Positions 25,563 through 34,871 of a stretch of DNA of 44,725 nt are shown in pieces. Under the pieces are notes generated by a model, which was given only the letters and a program-made list of their open reading frames with translations, had not been told where the DNA came from and did no database searches. The position numbers were made by a program, and so were the translations under genes. Every line of letters begins with the position of its first letter. The stretch's first letter is position 1. The DNA comes from a virus (taxonomy: Duplodnaviria; Caudoviricetes): IMG/VR virus record IMGVR_UViG_3300027921_000163, positions 1 to 44,725 of that record. The stretch is one strand, 5' to 3'.

Positions 25563-26135
25563 TTAGCGGCCAAGCTGACTGACCCAGTTTTCCAGTTGAA
25601 CTAATTCACGCTGCAGCAGCGCAGCATCCTGGTAAACATGGGCGATGACCGCCACGCCCTGTGCCCGCCCGAGTAGATGTAGTGCCAATGTGACTGCTTC
25701 GTCGCCGCAGCCAAGGCCACGGAACTGCTCGGCCAGCCAGTCCCGGAACAGATCGAATAACGCACGCGCTGACTGTTGCAACTCCGGCCTATCCTTGCCC
25801 AGTTCGGTGTTCAGCGTACCGATTGGGCAACCATAGCGGGTCAAAGCAGCCTGGCGCTCCGCAATCATGTGGACGAAGTCGATGAGGCGGTCGCGCGGGT
25901 CCGCATGGCGTGCCGTCCATTCGGCCAGTAGTGCGCCGAATTCCCCCAGATGCCGGTCTATCACCGCCTTCAGGATGTCGTCCTTGGTCTTGAAGTAGTA
26001 GTTGATGTTGCCGCGATAGACCCCGACGGCATTGACGATGTCGGTAAACGAAGTACCGTCGTAGCCGCGTTCATAGAACAGCAACTTGGCGTGTTCCACG
26101 ATCTCGGCACGGGTTTTATCGCCTTTGCTCAACAT
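25563..26135 (-). CDS. TetR/AcrR family regulator
   Basis: TRAEIVEHAKLLFYERGYDGTSFTDIV...YYFKTKDDIL HTH and GCPIG motif. Confidence 0.92.
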   Translation of the reverse strand: MLSKGDKTRAEIVEHAKLLFYERGYDGTSFTDIVNAVGVYRGNINYYFKTKDDILKAVIDRHLGEFGALLAEWTARHADPRDRLIDFVHMIAERQAALTRYGCPIGTLNTELGKDRPELQQSARALFDLFRDWLAEQFRGLGCGDEAVTLALHLLGRAQGVAVIAHVYQDAALLQRELVQLENWVSQLGR

Positions 26136-26206
26136 GGCAGGGTGCTGGTGATGGAGAGCGGCAATGCTAAGGCACCGGCGGGATGGATGGTTCGAAACCG
26201 CATCGG

Positions 26207-27217
26207 TTAGACGATGGGCCGCGCCATCGCCATGGGCCGTGTCTGCCGCACCGACATTTCCGCCATTTGGGTGCGCACCGCCTCGCGCCAAGCATGCACA
26301 GGACGGTAGCCCAGCAGACGTTCCGCCTTGCTGTTATCGACGCCGACTTCTTCCATCAGATGAATGATGCTGCGCGTCACCAATGGCTCCCACGGCACCA
26401 GCGGGTCGAGCTTTTCCATCAGCCAGGCGAAGGGATAAGCGATGGCGAAGGGCACGCCGAAATGCGGGTTCGGCAGGCCGAATTCATCATGCAACAGCGT
26501 GATCACCTGACGCACGCTCGGCACTTCCGGTCCGACGATATTGAAGCCTTCGTAGTCGGCTAAATCCGCTGCCGTGACTGCCAGGGCAAATGCCTGGCCG
26601 ATGTCGCGGCCGTCGATGATGGGCAAGCTGGTGCGCCCGCTCGCCACCCAGGGCACCAGATGGGTTTTCAGACGCGGCACCAGGATCGGCAGCAGGCCTA
26701 GCCCATAGCGCCGCCCCGCGAAGATGCCCAGACGCAGATTGATCACCTGGAAACCCGGGCCGGCCACTTCCCGCAACGCGTTTTCGAGCGCGATGACATT
26801 GCCCAGATGCGGCCAGAAGGCACGTGGAATACCCCGACTCATCGGGTCGGCGGAATGCTTGGGCGCGGCTGCGCTGGTCGTGCTGGTATTGACGAAGCGC
26901 TTCACGCCGGCAGCACGCGCGGCCTTGATCAGCGCCAAGCCAGGCTCCAGAAACAGGTGCCGCGAATTCTCTGACTGACCCCACATCGAGGTCCACGCCG
27001 CCGCATGGCAAAGGACATCCACCCCTTCCACCACAGATTTCACGTACTCCGGATCACGCAGGTCGCCTACCCGCACCTCGCCTGCAAAAACCCCGGCCAG
27101 TTGCCCGCCATCCCGGCAGGCCGCGATCAAACGCACATCCTCGCGCTGGGCCAAAGCCTCCAGAACATGGCTGCCGACAAAGCCATTAGCGCCCGTAACC
27201 AGAACTGTCTGCTGCAT
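26207..27217 (-). CDS. NAD-dependent epimerase/dehydratase (extended SDR)
   Basis: VLVTGANGFVGS Rossmann motif, HAAA, GVKRFVNTST. Confidence 0.9.
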   Translation of the reverse strand: MQQTVLVTGANGFVGSHVLEALAQREDVRLIAACRDGGQLAGVFAGEVRVGDLRDPEYVKSVVEGVDVLCHAAAWTSMWGQSENSRHLFLEPGLALIKAARAAGVKRFVNTSTTSAAAPKHSADPMSRGIPRAFWPHLGNVIALENALREVAGPGFQVINLRLGIFAGRRYGLGLLPILVPRLKTHLVPWVASGRTSLPIIDGRDIGQAFALAVTAADLADYEGFNIVGPEVPSVRQVITLLHDEFGLPNPHFGVPFAIAYPFAWLMEKLDPLVPWEPLVTRSIIHLMEEVGVDNSKAERLLGYRPVHAWREAVRTQMAEMSVRQTRPMAMARPIV

Positions 27218-27231
27218 GATGCCCCCTTAAA

Positions 27232-27277
27232 TGGATGAACGTCCAAATATAATGAGACGAACATCCTATTATGTAAA
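27232..27277 (-). promoter_or_regulatory. Putative promoter with two imperfect palindromic TetR operators
   Basis: TGGATGAACGTCCA (27232) and GAGACGAACATCCT (27254), 22 bp apart, in an AT-rich gap; TTTACA-17-CATTAT on the minus strand. Confidence 0.5.
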
Positions 27278-27307
27278 GCGACTTTCTGGGCGAGCTTATT
27301 TGCGTGT

Positions 27308-28609
27308 TTACTGCCGCCCACTTGTTTCTTCTGAAATAGCACTGTCTGTTGGGCGGACTCGGAGCAATGACAAGGAGTTAAAAACCGCTAAATCTCCGGC
27401 GCGTATGGCCTCCTTGCCCGTCCAGTCCTGCCAGCGGCGCACGATCACATCCACGTACTTCGGATCCAGTTCGATGAGCCGGGCGCGTCGGCCTGACTTT
27501 TCGGCGGCGATCATCGTCGTCCCGGAACCACCGAAGGCATCCAGCACCACATCCCCAGGGCGACTTGAGTTGCGTATCGCCCGCTCCACCAGTTCGACCG
27601 GCTTCATGGTCGGGTGCAGATCGTTCTTGTGCGGTTTCTTGATCTGCCAGACGTCTCCCTGATCGCGATCGCCACACCAATGACGCTTGCCGCCCTCCGG
27701 CCAGCCATACAGAATGGGCTCGAACTGGCGCTGGTAGTCGGCGTGACCCAGGGTGAATGTGTTTTTGGCCCAAATGATGAAGGTGGACCACTTGCCACCG
27801 GCAGCGCGGAAGGCGGCCTGCAGCACATCGAGTTCGGATGACGACATGGCCACATAGATTCCTCCGTGACAGTTCGCCAAGGCCGGCGTCAGCGCCGCCA
27901 GCAGGAAATCGTAGAAGCCATCACCAAGGTTGTCATTCAGGATCGCCCGGTCCTTGCCACGCTGCCTGTCCTTTGCCGTGTTGGCGTAGTTGACGTTGTA
28001 GGGCGGGTCGGTAAAAACCATGTCAGCCCGCTCGTCGCCCAGCAGCGCGGCGTAGCTGCTGGCATCGGTGGCATCACCGCACAGTACCCGGTGGTCGCCA
28101 CAGATCCAGATGTCGCCCGGACGCGATACCGCTGGTCCGGAGGACTCGGGCACCGCATCCTCGTCGGTCTGCCCCTCGGTCGTGGTTTCTTCGCCAGCCA
28201 ACAGATCGGCCAGCGCATCAGCATCGAAGCCGGTGAGCGACAGGTCGAAGTTGTCGTCCTGCAGTGCCGCCAGTTCCACCTGGAGCATCGCCTCATCCCA
28301 ACCGGCGTTCTCGGCAATACGGTTGTCCGCAATCACCAGGGCGCGGCGCTGGGTGGGCGTTAGATGGTCGAGCACCACCACCGGCACGGTCTGGATGCCA
28401 AGTTTCTGAGCGGCGGCGAGCCGACCATGCCCCGCCACGATCACGCCGTCGCCCCCGGCGAGGATGGGATTCGTAAAGCCGAATTCAGCTATGGACGCTG
28501 CGATCTGCGCGACCTGGGCGTCGGTGTGGGTGCGGGCATTCCGCGCATACGGCAGCAGTTTGCCGGTCGGCCACTGCTCGATCTTGTCGGCAAGCCAGGA
28601 AGTGCTCAT
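27308..28609 (-). CDS. ParB-N fused DNA methyltransferase (DPPY, probably N6-A)
   Basis: PYARNARTH, AGHGRL, FTDPPYN, HPTMKP, LDAFGGSGT. Confidence 0.93.
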   Translation of the reverse strand: MSTSWLADKIEQWPTGKLLPYARNARTHTDAQVAQIAASIAEFGFTNPILAGGDGVIVAGHGRLAAAQKLGIQTVPVVVLDHLTPTQRRALVIADNRIAENAGWDEAMLQVELAALQDDNFDLSLTGFDADALADLLAGEETTTEGQTDEDAVPESSGPAVSRPGDIWICGDHRVLCGDATDASSYAALLGDERADMVFTDPPYNVNYANTAKDRQRGKDRAILNDNLGDGFYDFLLAALTPALANCHGGIYVAMSSSELDVLQAAFRAAGGKWSTFIIWAKNTFTLGHADYQRQFEPILYGWPEGGKRHWCGDRDQGDVWQIKKPHKNDLHPTMKPVELVERAIRNSSRPGDVVLDAFGGSGTTMIAAEKSGRRARLIELDPKYVDVIVRRWQDWTGKEAIRAGDLAVFNSLSLLRVRPTDSAISEETSGRQ

Positions 28610-30012
28610 GCCGCTGCTCCCAAGCGCTCGGTGGCGACGGCGTCAAAGGTCTGGCCGCTGGCAAGGAGAGTCACCGCCACGCCGGGATGGTTCTGTTGGA
28701 ACCGCTTGATGGCCACGTCGACATACTCGGGGGCGATTTCCACCGCCCGAACCTTCCTACCCGTCCGTTGCCCGGCCAGCAGCGAGGTGCCCGAGCCGCC
28801 GAAGGGTTCGAACACGATCCCGCCATCGTCGGTGAAGGCTTCCATGATGTGGGCCGGCAAGTCCACCGGGAACACGGCTGGGTGGTCGATGCCCTGACCG
28901 ATCTTGCCCTTGTGCCGCATGATGCGGATCACGCTATCGGGGATGCGGTGGTCCTGGGTGGGCGTGCCGGAATGCGTCCAGCCGCCGACCTCGCCATCCT
29001 TGCCGCGCATCGCCGTCGATGAGCCATCGGCGCGCAGGTGCGTTTCCTGCCCGGCGAATTTGCAGGGCACGATCTTGTTGGGTTTGCGGCAGGGTTTGCC
29101 AGTATCGCGGTTGAAGTGGAAAACGAATTCGAAACTCGGGGCCAGTCGGCCTGACCAATCGCCAGGCATCCCTGGCCCCTGGTCCCAGACGTACCAGGCG
29201 AAGCGACGCCAACCTTGGGCGCGCATCCAGTCGAGCCAGCCGTTCCAGTAGGGAAGCACTTCATTGTCGCGATGGATCAGCCCCAGGTTGACCAGCACTT
29301 GGCCATCGGTAGCCATGGGTAGTCGCGCAAAGACGCCGCACATCAGGTCATCCCAATCGACGATGGCGTTGGTGTAGTCACGTTGGTTGCCGTAGGGCGG
29401 CGAGGTGAAGCACAGATCAGCGGCTTCGCCTGCCATCAGTGCAGCGACCACATCGGCGTCGGCGGCATCACCACAGATCAAGCGGTGCGCGCCCAGTTGC
29501 CAGATGTCGCCCGGGCGGGAGACGGGGTTGGTCGGGGCGTCCGGCACATCGTCGTTGGCCTCTGCCTCGTCCGGACCCGGCGCGGCTTCCTCATCGACTG
29601 CAACAGTATCGGCCAGCAGCCGTTCGATCTCGCCATCGTCGAAGCCGGTGAGCAGCAGGTCGTAACCGGCCTCCTGCAACTCGGCCAGTTCCAGCGCCAG
29701 CAGTTCCTCGTCCCAGCCCGCTTGCAGGGCAAGCTGGTTGTCGCCAATCACGTAGGCCCGTTTCTGGGTGGGCGAGAGATGGCCCAACTCGATCACCGGC
29801 ACTTCGGCCAGCCCCAACTTGCGGGCGGCGGCCAGACGACCGTGGCCGGCGATGAGCCCGTTGTCGCCATCCACCAGGATGGGATTGGTCCAGCCGTATT
29901 CCACGATGCTGGCGGCGATCTTGGCCACCTGCGCCTCGGAGTGAGTCCGGGGATTGCGGGCAAAGGGAATGAGCGTCTCAACCAAGCGGTATTCGACGGC
30001 GAGCGTGTTCAG
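28606..30012 (-). CDS. ParB-N fused DNA methyltransferase (SPPY, probably N4-C)
   Basis: PFARNPRTH, AGHGRL, FTSPPY, HPAVFP, EPFGGSGT; start inferred at CTG 30012. Confidence 0.9.
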   Translation of the reverse strand: MNTLAVEYRLVETLIPFARNPRTHSEAQVAKIAASIVEYGWTNPILVDGDNGLIAGHGRLAAARKLGLAEVPVIELGHLSPTQKRAYVIGDNQLALQAGWDEELLALELAELQEAGYDLLLTGFDDGEIERLLADTVAVDEEAAPGPDEAEANDDVPDAPTNPVSRPGDIWQLGAHRLICGDAADADVVAALMAGEAADLCFTSPPYGNQRDYTNAIVDWDDLMCGVFARLPMATDGQVLVNLGLIHRDNEVLPYWNGWLDWMRAQGWRRFAWYVWDQGPGMPGDWSGRLAPSFEFVFHFNRDTGKPCRKPNKIVPCKFAGQETHLRADGSSTAMRGKDGEVGGWTHSGTPTQDHRIPDSVIRIMRHKGKIGQGIDHPAVFPVDLPAHIMEAFTDDGGIVFEPFGGSGTSLLAGQRTGRKVRAVEIAPEYVDVAIKRFQQNHPGVAVTLLASGQTFDAVATERLGAAA

Positions 30013-30104
30013 ATCAAGGACTCCGAATAGGCGCGTGCTGCGCTGGAAACGACAAAGCCCGCCAACGATCAGACCGTGGACGGGCTCTGGAAATGGGTGT
30101 GGGG

Positions 30105-30161
30105 TGCAAACCCAGGGTGCAAACCTGCAAACCCCGCAAACCCTGCAAACCTCGGTTTGCA
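30105..30161. repeat. Five direct and one inverted GCAAACC repeats (candidate cosB-like sites)
   Basis: Copies at 30106, 30119, 30127, 30136, 30145 and GGTTTGC at 30154. Confidence 0.75.
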
Positions 30162-30170
30162 GTCGGACAC

Positions 30171-30224
30171 TATCGAAAGGCCGCGCTCTCGCCTCCCGCA
30201 TGGCGGAGGCGACAGGAAGGACCC
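30171..30224 (-). other. Lambda-like cos site (cosQ plus cosN)
   Basis: Minus strand GGGTCCT-N20-GGGAGGCGAGAG-CGCGGCCTTTCGATA, compared with recalled lambda GGGTCCT...GGGCGGCGACCT-CGCGGGTTTTCGCTA. Confidence 0.7.
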
Positions 30225-30430
30225 GTCGAATACCTGTCGACCATCTGACACCCAAAAAATGACCACCCGAAGGTGGTCAGAAAAACCTTCCATTGCGGAA
30301 GGTCAGGGAGAGGGTCATCTGGTCGACGATAGCGAAATCCTACGGGAAAACCGCCCGAGATGTTGCACGCTGGAAAATCGCTCATCCCCTCCCATTGCCG
30401 CTCTGCTACTCGCATTCACGCCAATTCACG

Positions 30431-30829
30431 TCAAATTGCTACGGCATGACTGCCGACGTGGTTGAGCCGATCGGCGACTACCTGCAGGGCTTTCTGCCAG
30501 CGCCGCCACGCTGTGGTGCGGTCGCAGCCGATGCGGCGGCAGATGTCCTTCCACTCGCGCTGCTTGGCCCGCATCCAGATCAGGTGGCGTTGATCTTCCT
30601 CCAGCCATTGCACCCAGCGCATGGCTTCCATCATCCGGTCGATCGCCTCGGGTGTGGGCGGCAGAGGCCGGTATTCATAATCCTCGCCAGCGAAGGTTTC
30701 CCACTCCTTGCGCGCGAAGGCGGGCCACACGTTGAAGTAGCCCTGCACTCGGACCGGGGGCAGCCGCCGCCCCGTCTCGGCTGCCTCGAGGAAACGCGCG
30801 GCCACGTCGTCCATCGTCCACTCAGCCAT
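30431..30829 (-). CDS. DUF6362-like HTH protein, probable late-gene regulator
   Basis: Sigma region-4-like C-terminus WKDICRRIGCDRTTAWRRW; Q-gene position. Confidence 0.75.
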   Translation of the reverse strand: MAEWTMDDVAARFLEAAETGRRLPPVRVQGYFNVWPAFARKEWETFAGEDYEYRPLPPTPEAIDRMMEAMRWVQWLEEDQRHLIWMRAKQREWKDICRRIGCDRTTAWRRWQKALQVVADRLNHVGSHAVAI

Positions 30830-31037
30830 GACGCGCCCCTTTGTTTGATGCTCCGTAGAGCCGCTCGCCGATACGACGGATGAACTCCTTCTCGACGAAA
30901 TCCAGCCGCTCGTCCTGCTCCGACACCACGAGGATGTGCTGGTCGCGCCAGCCGAGTTGCTTGACCGCTTCGAGATCGGTGGTCTGTGGTTGCAGGCGGC
31001 CGAGCGGGCAGCGATAGGTGTTTGCCGGGATCTTCAT
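30822..31037 (-). CDS. Phage hypothetical protein (71 aa)
   Basis: GGAGGTG RBS; MKIPANTYRCPLGRLQP. Confidence 0.65.
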   Translation of the reverse strand: MKIPANTYRCPLGRLQPQTTDLEAVKQLGWRDQHILVVSEQDERLDFVEKEFIRRIGERLYGASNKGARHG

Positions 31038-31038
31038 C

Positions 31039-31506
31039 TCACACCTCCTGCGTCTCGATGGCCCAGTGCAGCAGCGCCAGCGCATCCGCTTCGTTGTCGT
31101 CAACCGGGGTGTGGCCACGCGATTGGGCTGCCACGACCATGTCGTCCTTGCCGGCGTTGCCTTTGCCGGTCGCGTGCTTCTTGATCGTGCCGACCGGCAC
31201 ACCCTGGTAGGGAATGTTGTGATGCTCACACCAGGCGGTCAGATGTCCCATGAACCCGCCGTAGGCATGCGCCGCATCCACGCCGGCATGCCGCCGAACC
31301 TCCTCGAAGAACACAGCATTGATGTTGTCGCTGGTGGTCAGCAGTTCGTTGAGCCACCGCTTGAACCTTAGGAAGCGCATGCCGCCGCCTTCGAAGCGCT
31401 GCGGCTTGAAGTGCTCGGTGCCGCTGGTGATGGTGCCGTCCAGGTGGTGCAGTGCCCACCCGGTGTGAGTGCCCAGATCGAGGGCCAGAATCGTTACGTT
31501 CATCAT
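31039..31506 (-). CDS. RuvC-like Holliday junction resolvase
   Basis: ILALDLG, VFFEEV, IKKHATGKGNA, DDNEADA acidic motifs. Confidence 0.85.
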   Translation of the reverse strand: MMNVTILALDLGTHTGWALHHLDGTITSGTEHFKPQRFEGGGMRFLRFKRWLNELLTTSDNINAVFFEEVRRHAGVDAAHAYGGFMGHLTAWCEHHNIPYQGVPVGTIKKHATGKGNAGKDDMVVAAQSRGHTPVDDNEADALALLHWAIETQEV

Positions 31507-31530
31507 TCGTCACTCCGTGTTGTTTTCCGG

Positions 31531-31630
31531 TTTGTGACCGAACGTGACCGTAATTCCATTAACCCTCTTTACGTGCGTACACGCGCACACGTAAGGGGAT
31601 AACGAGAAGCCGGTCACGTTCGGTCACAAA
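31531..31630. repeat. 100-bp palindrome, candidate replication origin
   Basis: Perfect 20-bp arms TTTGTGACCGAACGTGACCG / CGGTCACGTTCGGTCACAAA; inner TTACGTG / CACGTAA; directly after primase stop. Confidence 0.75.
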
Positions 31631-31636
31631 ATCCGA

Positions 31637-33913
31637 TCAGTCGTCTCGATACGGCATGTAGCCGCTGGTTTCTTTGGGCTTGAGCGACAGGCCGGCGATG
31701 CCCTTCATCCCGCCCGGCATGCGCATGCGCTCAAGCCCGCGATTGCAGAGTTGCTGCATGAGCCAGCGACTGGTGCCGATGTATTCGCCACGTCGATTGG
31801 CCCATTCCTGCCAGCGCTGAAAGGTGTCCGCGACGGAGACGCGCGCCTGGGGATGGCGCTGGCATTCCTCGTCGATGAATTCGCCGAGGGCGTCTTCTTC
31901 GTCGAAGTATTCGTCGGTCGCGTCGACCACCACCTTGGAGGCCTTCAAGCCACCCTGCCGCCACAGGCCGCACCCTTCAACCGCCCACGCCAGAATGCCG
32001 TCACGTTCCTTGAGCAACTTCTCGGTGAGCTTGCCGTCGCGCCGCTCGGGCGGAATCGTGACCGTGAACGGAATCAGGTGAAGTCGGCGCTTCATGGCCT
32101 CGTCCACGTTGCGGATGGACGGTTTATGGTTGCCGGCAATCACCAACTTGAACTGCGGCAAGTACTCGAAGAAGTCCTGACGCATGAAGCGCGCCGACAC
32201 CTTGTCGCCACCGGTGATGGCTTTGACCTTCGACTCGTTCCAGCGCCGGCCCTGCTCGGTTTCGATGGAGGACACAAAGCGCGCGCCGCGCAGGCCCGCA
32301 AGATCGGTGGGATGCCGGTCGGTGCGGGTCTCCATGAACGTATCCATCGGCGCGTTCGCCGCGTAGTCACCCAGAATCGTGGTGATCACGTTCACGAACA
32401 CCGACTTGCCGTTTGCGCCCGTGCCATACAGGAAGAACAAGGCGTGCTCGCTGGTGACGCCGGTCAGGCAATAGCCGACGACCCGCTGCAGGTAGGCGGC
32501 AAGATCGGCATCCCCACCAGTTACATCGGTTAGGAAGGCAAGCCAGAGAGGACATTGCCCGCGCGGCGTGGCCGTGGCGATCTTGGTCATCCGGTCTGAT
32601 CGCTCATGCGGCCGCATTCGCCCGGTCTGCAGATCCATGACGCCGCCAGCGGTGTTGATCAGCCAGGGATCGGCATCCCACTCATCGGAGGTGGATGCGT
32701 GTCGCCGATCACTGCGGGTGAGCCGTTCAACGCCGCCGACCGTGCTGCTGGCGGCGAGTTTGGCGGCCAGGCGATGGGAATCCGCCTGGACCGATGCATC
32801 CCGGCAGACCTGGCGAATGAGGTGGGCAACCAGCAGGGTTTCATCGGCCTGCCAGCGGTTGCCCGTCCACACCAGCCATTTGCCCCACTGCGCGCAGTAG
32901 CGCCAGTCGTCGGCATAGCGACCGGTGAATGACAGCGCCAAGGCATCATCGGTCGCCCACACGGCGTGCTCGGTTTGGGCGGGAAGGTCGGCACCCTGCG
33001 AGGGTTTGACGCTGATGCGCGGTCCATTGGCGAGGAAGCCGGTGACATCAAACCCTTCGGCCAGCGCGTCGGCCACATCCCAGCCCGCGGGTTTGTCATC
33101 CGGCGGCAACAGCACGACGCACGAGGTAGCACCTGCCGCCAACAGGGCATCGGCTGAAGTCATGGCGTAAGCCCAGCCCGGTTTGTCGCGGTCAGGCCAG
33201 ATCAGTACGGACTTGCCAGCCAGCGGCGACCAGTCGGTTTTCTCGACCGGGGCGTTCGCGCCGTGCATCGCCGTCGTCGCGCAGATCCCTGCCTCGATCA
33301 GTGCCTGCGCACACTTCTCGCCTTCGACCAGGACGACAGCGTCAGCATCCCGCATGGCCGGCTGGTTGTAGAGCGGACGTGGCTCGGGCGGCGTCATCTT
33401 CTTGCGTTTCGCATCCCACGGCCTGAACTCCTTCTTGCCACCGGGCGGGTCGTAGCGATAGACCACCGCAATCAGCTTGCCGTTGGCATCAAAGTAATCC
33501 CACTTGGCCGTGGCCTTGCCGAGTTCGTCGATTGGGGCCTGCCGTTTGCCCTTCCGTGTTGTTGCCGGTGGCGCACGCCCAAGCAGATCCGTGCTGTGCG
33601 CCAGCACCTTGGGAAAGTCGTGATGCGTATCGGCGCCGAAGTGACCGCCGATCAGCATGAATACATCACCGCCGGAATCGTCAGCGCGATCCGTCCAGAG
33701 CCCGGCCTTCTCGCCATTGAGGACAATTTCGAGGCTGTCACCGGGGCTGCCCAGGATGTCGCCGATGTAAAACTTGCCATGACGCTTCTTGCCGGCAGGA
33801 AACAGCGTGAACAGCACGGACTCCAGATTCGCGATGAGTGCCGCGCGTATCTCCTCACGCTCGGCTTCCAGGTTGCGCTCGACCGCCTCGGGGGTATCGT
33901 TGAAATCGATCAT
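31637..33913 (-). CDS. P4-family primase/helicase (TOPRIM, D5_N, SF3 helicase)
   Basis: LVEGEKC and WPDRD TOPRIM; GTGANGKS Walker A; KAITGGD, ARFMRQDFF, GNHKP. Confidence 0.95.
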   Translation of the reverse strand: MIDFNDTPEAVERNLEAEREEIRAALIANLESVLFTLFPAGKKRHGKFYIGDILGSPGDSLEIVLNGEKAGLWTDRADDSGGDVFMLIGGHFGADTHHDFPKVLAHSTDLLGRAPPATTRKGKRQAPIDELGKATAKWDYFDANGKLIAVVYRYDPPGGKKEFRPWDAKRKKMTPPEPRPLYNQPAMRDADAVVLVEGEKCAQALIEAGICATTAMHGANAPVEKTDWSPLAGKSVLIWPDRDKPGWAYAMTSADALLAAGATSCVVLLPPDDKPAGWDVADALAEGFDVTGFLANGPRISVKPSQGADLPAQTEHAVWATDDALALSFTGRYADDWRYCAQWGKWLVWTGNRWQADETLLVAHLIRQVCRDASVQADSHRLAAKLAASSTVGGVERLTRSDRRHASTSDEWDADPWLINTAGGVMDLQTGRMRPHERSDRMTKIATATPRGQCPLWLAFLTDVTGGDADLAAYLQRVVGYCLTGVTSEHALFFLYGTGANGKSVFVNVITTILGDYAANAPMDTFMETRTDRHPTDLAGLRGARFVSSIETEQGRRWNESKVKAITGGDKVSARFMRQDFFEYLPQFKLVIAGNHKPSIRNVDEAMKRRLHLIPFTVTIPPERRDGKLTEKLLKERDGILAWAVEGCGLWRQGGLKASKVVVDATDEYFDEEDALGEFIDEECQRHPQARVSVADTFQRWQEWANRRGEYIGTSRWLMQQLCNRGLERMRMPGGMKGIAGLSLKPKETSGYMPYRDD

Positions 33914-34137
33914 TCGCCCCCCTCGGCTTCATGCTGCCTGTGGTGCTGCGCCGACCACGCATCCAGTTCGGATAGGCGGAAGCGAATGGTTCGCCCGATC
34001 CGATAGAACGGGATTTTCTTGGCCTCGCGGCTTTTCGGTTTGGTGAAGTAGTAGAGGGGCAAATTCAGGGCGCGCGAGGCGTGCCTGGCATCGACCATCG
34101 GCTCCACCACCGGCGGTTGGGGAAGAGGATGTTTCAT
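33910..34137 (-). CDS. Excisionase-like HTH protein
   Basis: IPFYRIGRTIRFRLSELDAW; ATGA coupling. Confidence 0.75.
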   Translation of the reverse strand: MKHPLPQPPVVEPMVDARHASRALNLPLYYFTKPKSREAKKIPFYRIGRTIRFRLSELDAWSAQHHRQHEAEGGE

Positions 34138-34871
34138 GGGTGTGTCCTCCAGCAGCGTTCTGACCACGCGCACATCCGGCATTCGAAGTGGGTCTGCTCG
34201 GCATACGAGCGCGGCAGCAGTTCGCCGGCTTCGGTGGCGCTGATCACCTTCACTGCCCGATCCGACATGCGCTGGGCCAGGGATGCATCAAAGGGCACCA
34301 ACTCGGCGTAAATCTCCATCGTGTCGGCGTTGATCGCGGTGAACAACGCCGGGTGTTCATGCAGATCGAGGTAGGCCTGGTAGAGGGCGACCTGGGCGGC
34401 ATAGACGGGTTTGCCGACAGCCAGCTTGTGCTTCTCCAGTTCGCGCCAGGACTTGCCGCCCAGACACTTCATCTCCCAGAGACAGGGATAGGAATAGCCC
34501 TCGGGGCCGCCGACGATGACGCCGTCGACGTGCCCCTGCAGTCGGCCATTGAGCTGGCTGAAGCCGAACTGTTGACCATCCTTGCCATGGGTGCGCAGTT
34601 CGAATCCCGCGAGCCGCAGCCACTCCACCATCAGTGACTCGGTGGTGTGACCACGCTCGAAGATGCGCAGGATGCGGCCGGAGAAGTCCTTGCCCGGATC
34701 CACAGGTGCGGCGGCGTATTCAAACTGCAGAGCGCGTTCACAAGCCACCCCGAGGCGCGACGCCCCGAGGTAGGCGCGGCTTTCCTGCTGCCGGGCCTTG
34801 GTCTGCATGCCGGCGTCGACCAGGGTGGTAATCTGCCCGGAGATGGATGAAGTGGAATTGAAATCCAGCAT
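34134..34871 (-). CDS. Cas4-like PD-(D/E)XK exonuclease
   Basis: GHVDG, WEMK, QVALY; Cys in ACER plus CxxC...C suggests an Fe-S cluster. Confidence 0.85.
   Translation of the reverse strand: MLDFNSTSSISGQITTLVDAGMQTKARQQESRAYLGASRLGVACERALQFEYAAAPVDPGKDFSGRILRIFERGHTTESLMVEWLRLAGFELRTHGKDGQQFGFSQLNGRLQGHVDGVIVGGPEGYSYPCLWEMKCLGGKSWRELEKHKLAVGKPVYAAQVALYQAYLDLHEHPALFTAINADTMEIYAELVPFDASLAQRMSDRAVKVISATEAGELLPRSYAEQTHFECRMCAWSERCWRTHP

Noticed and set aside
25394-25582. 62-aa plus-strand ORF after the cassette array
   Set aside because: TTG start without RBS, overlaps both neighbours; could be a remnant at the moron junction but unsupported
34134-34871. Cas4 as part of a CRISPR-Cas system
   Set aside because: Sits in a phage recombination operon with no other cas genes
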